This document shows positions 36,791-43,917 of a stretch of 64,000 nucleotides of DNA, piece by piece. Within the stretch, counting starts at the first letter, position 1, and every line of letters begins with the position of its first letter. Where the stretch lies: the NCBI GenBank assembly GCA_020632535.1, contig JACKFJ010000003.1:230166-294165 (forward strand), in the 5' to 3' direction. Below the pieces are notes generated by a model. The model was given only the letters and a program-made list of their open reading frames with translations. It had not been told where the DNA came from and made no database searches. Origin of the DNA: Candidatus Omnitrophota bacterium. GTDB taxonomy: Bacteria > Omnitrophota > Gorgyraeia > Zapsychrales > JANLHA01. Made by a program: the position numbers and the translations under genes.

Positions 36791-38503
36791 ATGGCGCATT
36801 TAAAGTTAGGTGAAATTCTGCTTCAGCAAGGATTGCTCAATGAAGAGCAGCTGCGCGAAGCCATACAAGTCCAAAAAAGAGATTCTGGACGTATCGGAGA
36901 AATTCTCATTAAATTGGGTTTTCTCACGGAAGAAGATATTGTTGCGGCATTGGGAAGTCAATTGAATATTCCTCATGCTAGTAGCCAAAACAATCTGCTC
37001 AAACCCCGCGTCGATCAAAATTTAGATAAAATTCTTCCATACGACTTTGCGAAAACAAATCTTGCCTTACCACTAAGCAAGGAAGACAACAAACTCACAT
37101 GCGCGGTTGATGATCCGCTTGACTTGCTAATGCTTGATAATTTGCGAATGGTCACAGGGTGCGAAGTGTCGTTAGTCCTTGCTACCCGTTCCGATCTCAT
37201 GGCTGCCATTCAAGATTTTTATACTTTAGCGCGATCCAATGCAGGGACACCTATGGCGCTGCCATCGGACAATATCGAAGGAGAAACACCTGTTCCTGCA
37301 GATCCTAAAGTTGGCCTCAAAGATAATAATTTGGATGACATGATTGAAAAAGCTGAAGAACCTCCTGTTATTAAACTTGTTGATTTGATTATCCGCCAAG
37401 CGATTGAACAGCGCGGCAGTGATATTCACATCGAATCCTATAAGGATAAAATTAATTTACGATACCGTATTGACGGTATCCTCTATCAAATTCCACCACC
37501 AGCCCGACATCTTTTATTACCAATTGTTTCTCGTCTTAAAATTCTTGCCAAACTCGATATTGCTGAAAAACGTTTGCCACAAGACGGATCCATTGCTTTT
37601 AAAATAGGTGAGAGGACTGTTGATTTGCGTATTTCAACTGTTCCGACAGTATGGGGCGAAAAAGTTGTTATGCGTATTTTAGATAAATCCGCGGTACCTC
37701 TACGTCTAGAAAATTTAGGTTTTAATGAAGTTCAGTTGGAACGCATCCGCAAAGCTCTCAAAAGACCATATGGCCTATTTTTCGTTACCGGTCCAACGGG
37801 AAGTGGAAAATCAACAACACTTTATTCCGCACTCAGTGAAGTCATGGATCCACGCAAAAATATCGTTACCGCTGAAGACCCGGTAGAATTCAAACTTGAC
37901 GGGATAAATCAGGTCGCAGTACGTCCTGACATCGGCTTAACATTTGCTTCTGTTCTGCGTGCTTTTTTACGTCAAGATCCTGATATCATCATGGTTGGTG
38001 AGGTTCGTGATCTTGAAACCGCACAAATCTGCGTTCGTGCGGCTTTAACAGGACACTTTGTTTTAAGTACCCTTCATACAAATGACGCATCCGCCGCCAT
38101 TACGCGTCTCTTGGATATCGGGATTGAATCATACCTTTTAACACCGTCGCTTTCGATGGTATTAGCACAGCGCTTGGCGCGCAGACTTTGCTCAAAATGC
38201 AAAGAGCCAATGGAACCAAATCCTGATCTTTTGGGTGGGCTTAAATTTAACAGCGACCTTATTTACAAAGCCGCGGGCTGTGATGAATGCAATCATACTG
38301 GCTACCGCGGCCGACTTGTTATTACGGAGGCCATGGTCATTGATGATAATTTGCGCGAACTTATGACCAAAAAGGCCGGCTATTCTGAAATTCTTGATGC
38401 CGCTCGCAAGGGTGGCATGGATACATTATTTGAAGACGGAATTAAAAAAGTCGAAGCAGGATTAACCAGTCTTGATGAAATTTTAAGTGTAACCGCACTT
38501 TAA
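36791..38503 (+). CDS. GspE/PilB/MshE-family secretion ATPase with MshEN-type N-terminal domain
   Basis: 570 aa; Walker A GPTGSGKSTT, Asp/His boxes, tetracysteine CSKC...CDEC; N-terminal tandem 24-residue MshEN motifs (residues 5-28 and 34-57). Confidence 0.92.
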   Translation: MAHLKLGEILLQQGLLNEEQLREAIQVQKRDSGRIGEILIKLGFLTEEDIVAALGSQLNIPHASSQNNLLKPRVDQNLDKILPYDFAKTNLALPLSKEDNKLTCAVDDPLDLLMLDNLRMVTGCEVSLVLATRSDLMAAIQDFYTLARSNAGTPMALPSDNIEGETPVPADPKVGLKDNNLDDMIEKAEEPPVIKLVDLIIRQAIEQRGSDIHIESYKDKINLRYRIDGILYQIPPPARHLLLPIVSRLKILAKLDIAEKRLPQDGSIAFKIGERTVDLRISTVPTVWGEKVVMRILDKSAVPLRLENLGFNEVQLERIRKALKRPYGLFFVTGPTGSGKSTTLYSALSEVMDPRKNIVTAEDPVEFKLDGINQVAVRPDIGLTFASVLRAFLRQDPDIIMVGEVRDLETAQICVRAALTGHFVLSTLHTNDASAAITRLLDIGIESYLLTPSLSMVLAQRLARRLCSKCKEPMEPNPDLLGGLKFNSDLIYKAAGCDECNHTGYRGRLVITEAMVIDDNLRELMTKKAGYSEILDAARKGGMDTLFEDGIKKVEAGLTSLDEILSVTAL

Positions 38504-38529
38504 ACAAATTTTTTAAGGAGTTTCCGCAC

Positions 38530-39777
38530 GTGCCACGTTTTCATTATGTTGCCAAAGATTCAAACGGAAAAAATATAACTGAAGAAACTGAAGCTTTTGA
38601 TAAAGCAAGCCTCATTCAATCACTTCAACAAAAAGGATACTTCATTCTCTCTGTTGAAGAGCAAGCCGCTACCTCAACACACATCGCAACAACAGAAGAA
38701 AGTACCAAAAAATTTACCCACTCGGGTATCAAGTTACTGGACATGCTCAACTTTGCCAATCAATTGGCAACAATGCTTGATTCCGGAATTACCATTTTAC
38801 GCGCACTGGAAGTTATTGTTGATCAGGTCGAAAGTAAAAACTTTTATGCGATTTTGCAGAAAGTTAATGCAGATGTTGAGCAAGGTAGTTCACTGAGCGA
38901 AGCCTTATCACGTTTTCCTAAAGTTTTTGACCAGTTGTGGGTCAGTCTTATCGAAGTCGGGGAAGCTTCCGGAACAATGCCAATGGTTCTTAAAAAACTG
39001 GCTTTTTATCTCGAACAAAAAGCCGCCTTTCGCGCAACCGTCACGTCGGCTGTTATGTATCCAGCTGTTCTTTTTGTCGTCTGTCTCGGCGCCATCGCCT
39101 TTTTCGCATTATTTATCGGCCCGCGTTTTGAAAGTATTTTTAACACAATGAACGTTGAATTGCCTTTGATTACCAAAGTCCTGCTTTCAACATTCCGTTT
39201 CATTAAAGAAAAATTTTTAATGCTAGTCATGAGTGTTGTCATTGGTATTTTCCTATTCCGCAAATACAGTAAAACGCCTATGGGCCGCGCGCATGTCGAA
39301 CAATTCCTATTTGGTTTGCCCGTTATCGGCAATATTGCCAAACTCATTGTTATCGAAAGATTTACTTCACAAATGTCCATTTTAGTCGACAGCGGGGTTC
39401 CTATTCTCTATGCTTTAGATATTACACAAAGGCTTGTAGATAATTCCATTTGCGCGGGCGTTATCAATGATATTAAAGAAAGTGTCCGACAGGGCGAATT
39501 GCTCGTCGCACCCATGCAACGCAGCAAATTTTTCCCTTCGATGTGTATTCAAATGATTTCCGTCGGCGAAGAAACCGGTGAATTGAGTAAAATGCTTACG
39601 CACGTTGCGACATATTATCAACAAACTGTCGAAACTTTTATGAAACGCCTTGGAACGCTCATTGAACCATTCATGCTTGTATTTATGGGGGGCGTTATTG
39701 GCGTCATTGTTCTTGCCATGTTCCTTCCCATGTTTAATATTGCGCAATTAGGTGGGGCAGGAGGGGCAAGACATTAA
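38530..39777 (+). CDS. GspF/PilC/MshG-family platform protein
   Basis: 415 aa; N-terminus PRFHYVAKDSNGK, duplicated T2SSF-type blocks (LSEALSRFPKVFD..., GEETGELSKML); GTG start preceded by AAGGAG. Confidence 0.9.
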   Translation: MPRFHYVAKDSNGKNITEETEAFDKASLIQSLQQKGYFILSVEEQAATSTHIATTEESTKKFTHSGIKLLDMLNFANQLATMLDSGITILRALEVIVDQVESKNFYAILQKVNADVEQGSSLSEALSRFPKVFDQLWVSLIEVGEASGTMPMVLKKLAFYLEQKAAFRATVTSAVMYPAVLFVVCLGAIAFFALFIGPRFESIFNTMNVELPLITKVLLSTFRFIKEKFLMLVMSVVIGIFLFRKYSKTPMGRAHVEQFLFGLPVIGNIAKLIVIERFTSQMSILVDSGVPILYALDITQRLVDNSICAGVINDIKESVRQGELLVAPMQRSKFFPSMCIQMISVGEETGELSKMLTHVATYYQQTVETFMKRLGTLIEPFMLVFMGGVIGVIVLAMFLPMFNIAQLGGAGGARH

Positions 39778-39804
39778 AATACCCCTGATTCGCAACCTCG
39801 CTTA

Positions 39805-41571
39805 ATGAATTCACAACCTTTTAACCGCATACACAACTACTCTACGGCTTTTTTTCTCATCATTGTCATTGTGCTTTGCCATGGTCTAAGTGTTAAAGCA
39901 CAATTTATGGTCGACGATTTTGATTATTTGCCCCAAGGCCAAAAACAAGCAATCTATCAAAATCTACCCGATCTTTTCCTCAAGTCAGAAGTCCATCATT
40001 ACAATCCTTTGAATATCGCACTCAATATTTCCTTGTTCAAAACGTACAAATCCGCCTCAAGCCTTTACGCAATCAATCTCTTGCTATTTTACGGAAATAC
40101 TCTTTTACTTTTTATTCTTGTCACACGTTTAACGCAAAATTTAGAAATAGGCGCGCTGACTGCAATACTATTCGCTGTTCACCCTGTAAATGCGGAAATG
40201 TTAAGCCATATAACATTAAATACTGTAATGGTCTGTGCCGCATTTCTGCAGACTAGTATGATTTTATTCTGGCGCCACATTACCTCTCCCCAAAAGACAG
40301 TAAAAAGTATTTTACTAAGCCTCATCCTTTTCCTATTTGCTCTATTGTTTCTTGAAACAGCCTTACTTTTCCCTATCTATCTAAGCCTATTGTGCCTTGT
40401 AAACAAAAATGACCGCTGGCAAAATTTGCGTCAGACAATACCATTCTGGATCACTGCATTTTTATATTTTGGCCTTTGGTGTTTGATGGCTGGTCCAGCA
40501 GGGCAATGGAACGATAAAATTCAGCATTTACAATTTTCTTTTGAAAGTTATACCGCAACATTAAGTTTTTTACTTCAGTGGTATTTTCAAAATTTAATTA
40601 TCCCAAATAATTTTGTGTTAATAAAGAATTCTCCGGCACTATCTCATTCAATACTCTTTTGGAATAGCGCATTGCTATTAGGGATTTTTTTGACAATTTG
40701 CCTATTATGGTTCTGGCGAAAGAATATAAAGAAATTTGCGTTGGCATGGTTTATCTCAGGTTTTACTTTTATGCTCCCAGCAAGCATCGTCCACGCATAC
40801 AGCATGGGCATTGTCATTGAACCTCATTGGTTTTATTTTTCATCGATGGGATTCTTTATGCTTTTTGCGTTATCTCTCAATGATCTTAAACCACGGATTC
40901 AAACAATACTTTATCGCTCACTTATATGTGTCCTCGTAATTTTCTGGGGATTAACATCTTTTCGACACCATGTCATTGCACGTACCGAAATCAGTTATCT
41001 TGAATATTGGTTAAAAAACAGTCCGAACAATAGACTCCCAGCCTCAAAACTCGGCCTTTTATACGGTTCAAATAATGGCCTTACCATTCCAGCTGAATTA
41101 ATTTCCGATATGGACAATCAAACAGATTACTTTATAAAAGCGAATCACTATAGTGAATCCATTGATCTTTTAGAAAAACTTGTAAAGCAAAATCCAATGA
41201 ATCCTAAGCACAATATATGGGATGATAGATTATCCGCTTTATACTTAAAAGTAGGCGAGACTGTCACTGCTGAAAATCGATTTAAACTGCGTTTTACCAA
41301 AAAACTGCCTTTAAAAGAGTACCTTATGCTGGCTCAATTGTTAGAACAGCTTGAAATCCGTGAAAAAGCTCTTACTGTCCTTGATCAGGGCCTGATCTAC
41401 TATCCACAACAGGTGGATTTAGTCTATCTTAAAGCCGTAATTCTCGCTAACCAAAACCGCTTTTCTGAAGCAGAATCGCTATTAAAAGCACAAAATCACG
41501 TAGAAAAAGACGAACGCTACTTAAAATTATTAAAGGATATTGAAACAATAAAATTAAAGACACAAAAGTAA
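39805..41571 (+). CDS. TMTC-like (DUF1736-type) GT-C fold glycosyltransferase with C-terminal TPR domain
   Basis: 588 aa. About 11 predicted TM segments. First-loop FMVDDFDYL acidic motif. LFAVHPVNAEMLSHI resembles the TMTC/DUF1736 HPxxxE block. TPR-like C-terminus. Confidence 0.65.
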   Translation: MNSQPFNRIHNYSTAFFLIIVIVLCHGLSVKAQFMVDDFDYLPQGQKQAIYQNLPDLFLKSEVHHYNPLNIALNISLFKTYKSASSLYAINLLLFYGNTLLLFILVTRLTQNLEIGALTAILFAVHPVNAEMLSHITLNTVMVCAAFLQTSMILFWRHITSPQKTVKSILLSLILFLFALLFLETALLFPIYLSLLCLVNKNDRWQNLRQTIPFWITAFLYFGLWCLMAGPAGQWNDKIQHLQFSFESYTATLSFLLQWYFQNLIIPNNFVLIKNSPALSHSILFWNSALLLGIFLTICLLWFWRKNIKKFALAWFISGFTFMLPASIVHAYSMGIVIEPHWFYFSSMGFFMLFALSLNDLKPRIQTILYRSLICVLVIFWGLTSFRHHVIARTEISYLEYWLKNSPNNRLPASKLGLLYGSNNGLTIPAELISDMDNQTDYFIKANHYSESIDLLEKLVKQNPMNPKHNIWDDRLSALYLKVGETVTAENRFKLRFTKKLPLKEYLMLAQLLEQLEIREKALTVLDQGLIYYPQQVDLVYLKAVILANQNRFSEAESLLKAQNHVEKDERYLKLLKDIETIKLKTQK

Positions 41572-41605
41572 TACTTTACATCTTTAGGTACAGGATCAGC
41601 TGAGG

Positions 41606-41634
41606 TTGACATTCCCTATTTGACATGTTATACC
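41606..41634 (+). promoter_or_regulatory. putative promoter of the pilin leader transcript
   Basis: TTGACA (41606-41611), 17-nt spacer containing a TG at 41626-41627 (extended -10 type), TATACC (41629-41634). Confidence 0.35.
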
Positions 41635-41654
41635 TTACCTAGAAAATTGGTATT

Positions 41655-41738
41655 GCTCGAAAAGGGTAAACTATCCGTAAGGGTAGGGCACAAAACTATA
41701 GGGTCCCGGCAAATTGTGGGGGATAGCCAGTTACCAGC
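41655..41738 (+). promoter_or_regulatory. candidate c-di-GMP-I (GEMM-I)-like riboswitch aptamer in the pilin leader
   Basis: Blocks occur in the same order as in the V. cholerae Vc2 aptamer as I recall it. AAAAGGGTAAA, then a 6-bp hairpin CTATCC-GTAA-GGGTAG (GNRA loop, 41671-41686). Next GGCACAAAAC (compare GACGCAAAGC). Next helix CTAT...ATAG (41696-41699 / 41723-41726). Finally CCAGTTACC (compare GGGGTTACC). GGTAA (41665-41669) can pair with TTACC (41731-41735). The core differs at several normally conserved positions. Confidence 0.4.
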
Positions 41739-41757
41739 AAAAAAAATTGCATAATGT

Positions 41758-41803
41758 GCCTATTCTAGGGTAGAATGAAACAAAATTAGAATAGGCATTT
41801 TTA
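41758..41803 (+). terminator. intrinsic-terminator-like hairpin (possible riboswitch expression platform)
   Basis: Perfect 10-bp stem GCCTATTCTA (41758-41767) / TAGAATAGGC (41787-41796) followed by ATTTTTA; lies between the candidate aptamer and the pilin start codon. Confidence 0.5.
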
Positions 41804-41918
41804 TTGAAACCTGACAACCCCTAAAGGAGGGATGACGAGACAAGAGAGAAGTGACACAGAATTTAACCAAATTAATAAAAATGAAAACAATGAAGTTTAA
41901 TATAAAGGGAGTATTTAA

Positions 41919-42341
41919 ATGAATATCAAATCTAAGAAAAGTGGTTTTACGTTGCTCGAAATTATCATCGTTGTTATTATCGTTGGTGTTTTAGCCAGCT
42001 TGGCTTTACCAAAATTCTTCAGCACGGTTGAATTCTCACGCGCTCAAGAAGGTTTATCCGCCCTCGCAACTATCCGCGGCGGTTTGGAACGTTTTTATGT
42101 TTCAAAAGGTAATACCTATAGCGGGGCAACAACTGCAAATATTGATACGGGTGACCCTTTAGCTGGTCAACCTAACGCGCATTTTACTTGCGCTGTTACT
42201 GCGGCTTCTGCGACAGGTTATACAATCACCGCGACTCGTAATAGTGTTGATGGTGGTACGGCTGGTAACACCATTGTTATTCAACAAACAACTGCTACTA
42301 TTACACGTTCTGGTACAACAGCATTTGCTGGTATTAACTAA
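41919..42341 (+). CDS. major prepilin/pseudopilin (type IV pilin-like, GspG/MshA-like)
   Basis: 140 aa. Leader MNIKSKKSG then FTLLEIIIVVIIVGVLASLALPKF (G/FTLxE cleavage motif with Glu+5). Thr/Ala/Gly-rich C-terminal half. First and best-RBS pilin gene. Confidence 0.85.
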   Translation: MNIKSKKSGFTLLEIIIVVIIVGVLASLALPKFFSTVEFSRAQEGLSALATIRGGLERFYVSKGNTYSGATTANIDTGDPLAGQPNAHFTCAVTAASATGYTITATRNSVDGGTAGNTIVIQQTTATITRSGTTAFAGIN

Positions 42342-42362
42342 TACGCAGTTTAGAAGTTTAAA

Positions 42363-42418
42363 ACATCAAAGCAACATCGGAGATATTAACATAGTGCGCT
42401 CTGATGTTGCTTTGATGT
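42363..42418 (+). terminator. strong hairpin after the major pilin gene (attenuator or stabiliser; no clear U-tract)
   Basis: Perfect 16-bp stem ACATCAAAGCAACATC (42363-42378) / GATGTTGCTTTGATGT (42403-42418). Confidence 0.5.
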
Positions 42419-42449
42419 CTTAGATTCAATCAATACTGGATTAAAACCT

Positions 42450-42860
42450 ATGAAGAAAATACACGTGCAAGGCGGTTTTACAATCATGGAAATTTTAATT
42501 ACAGTCCTCATTGTTGGTATTATCGCAGCATTTGCAATTCCAAACTACGGGAAATCTGTCGATCAAACTCATATCCAAGATGCAGTCATGCAGCTTTCGG
42601 CTATTCGCACCGCAAATCAAGTCTATTACGCGCGTAGATCCGAATATTGGCCAAGCACGTCGACTCATCCGGTTAATGAAATCAATGCAAATTTAAGTTT
42701 AAGCATAATTGAAAATGGTAAAACTTACAATTGTGATGGCAACGGAACAACTTTTACATGTACAGCAAAGCGTTCTGGCGTTCAAATTGCTGGGGTAACA
42801 GAAGCTCCGTTAAGTACGACAAACCCGGGGTGTCCTAGTGCAGGGACCGCGTGTAATTAA
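42450..42860 (+). CDS. prepilin-type protein (second pilin)
   Basis: 136 aa; MKKIHVQGG then FTIMEILITVLIVGIIAAFAIPNY; four Cys in the C-terminal part. Confidence 0.8.
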   Translation: MKKIHVQGGFTIMEILITVLIVGIIAAFAIPNYGKSVDQTHIQDAVMQLSAIRTANQVYYARRSEYWPSTSTHPVNEINANLSLSIIENGKTYNCDGNGTTFTCTAKRSGVQIAGVTEAPLSTTNPGCPSAGTACN

Positions 42861-42882
42861 CATTTGCGTGAATTGATATTTT

Positions 42883-43254
42883 ATGAAAATTCTTGCTCAA
42901 AACTGTAAAAAAAATAACCGCACAGGTTTTACAATTACCGAAGTTATCATTTCCACACTGATTTTTTCGCTAGCCATGGCTGGCGTTTTTTCCAGCATTT
43001 CCCAATTACGGCAACCTGCGGTTGAATCAAGCCAAGAAGTCACAGCCGCATTTCTTGGCAAAAAGATATTGGATGATTTGCGTGGTGACGTCAGTCAAGA
43101 CACATGGAATTCCGGAAACTTGGTCGCTGGCACAACGTATGGACCATATACGCAGACAATTGGAGGCAAACAATATTTTTATTCTTATGACGTTATCGCT
43201 GATCCCGACGGAACACGAGCCCGACAAGTTACACTCAATGTAACATGGAACTAA
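42883..43254 (+). CDS. minor prepilin-type protein (GspI/MshC-like size)
   Basis: 123 aa; leader ending NNRTG then FTITEVIISTLIFSLAMAGVF. Confidence 0.7.
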   Translation: MKILAQNCKKNNRTGFTITEVIISTLIFSLAMAGVFSSISQLRQPAVESSQEVTAAFLGKKILDDLRGDVSQDTWNSGNLVAGTTYGPYTQTIGGKQYFYSYDVIADPDGTRARQVTLNVTWN

Positions 43255-43898
43255 TAATGAATATCCACTTTAAAAAAGGGATGACGCTCACCGAACTCAT
43301 CATCGCCACAGTACTCGTTGGAATTGTGACGTTAGGACTGGTTGCTGCAGAACAAGCGGTACGAATGTCCCGTCAATCGTCCATGCGTGACAGTCAAATT
43401 TCTGGACAAATGCAAGCGACAATGCTCGTTTTAAACAGAAGTGCCAGCCTGACAGTAGGCGATTCTGCAAATACCGGAATTTATCAATACCTTTCTAGCA
43501 ATGATATGACAACATGCTTTCGACAAGGTGCCGGTGACGTGAATGTTTATACCGACGATGTGTGGACATGTTGGTGGGTTGACATATCATCGGGCGGAAA
43601 CCCCGTATTAACAAGCTGTGAAAATCTCAACAGCCCTGTGACCACTTGCAACGGACAGGCAAGTTTGCGAGAATGGGTCACACTGGTTTTTGAAGGATCT
43701 TATACGCAATTCTGCTCTGTTGTTGATACTGGTGGTTTTACAATTACCCCTCCCAATGCCATTATAACGGGAACAAAAGTTGCATACATTCAACTCACCC
43801 TTCAGTCTCGTCATAATAAAGACAAAGCAGCGCACCCCATTGAAAATCCCGATTATACTCTTACCGCCAATATTAGTCCGTCTGGACTAAGTCGCTAA
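43245..43898 (+). CDS. minor prepilin-type protein (GspJ/PilW/MshD-like size)
   Basis: 217 aa; ...HFKKG then MTLTELIIATVLVGIVTLGLV; alternative ATG at 43257. Confidence 0.7.
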   Translation: MELIMNIHFKKGMTLTELIIATVLVGIVTLGLVAAEQAVRMSRQSSMRDSQISGQMQATMLVLNRSASLTVGDSANTGIYQYLSSNDMTTCFRQGAGDVNVYTDDVWTCWWVDISSGGNPVLTSCENLNSPVTTCNGQASLREWVTLVFEGSYTQFCSVVDTGGFTITPPNAIITGTKVAYIQLTLQSRHNKDKAAHPIENPDYTLTANISPSGLSR

Positions 43899-43917
43899 GC
43901 ATAAAAATATTTTGCAA

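Noticed and set aside
41747-41776. Alternative promoter-like pair TTGCAT (41747-41752) / TAGAAT (41771-41776), 18-nt spacer, inside the terminator-like hairpin
   Set aside because: Not listed as a feature because it overlaps the hairpin arms and cannot be distinguished from chance in AT-rich DNA. Kept as the main alternative explanation that would undercut the riboswitch model.
41832-41900. 22-codon sORF (MTRQERSDTEFNQINKNENNEV) in the pilin leader, after AAAGGAGGG
   Set aside because: The Shine-Dalgarno-like AGGAGG ends only about 1 nt before the ATG, which is too close for normal initiation. The peptide has no features of a known leader peptide. Cannot be supported from sequence alone.
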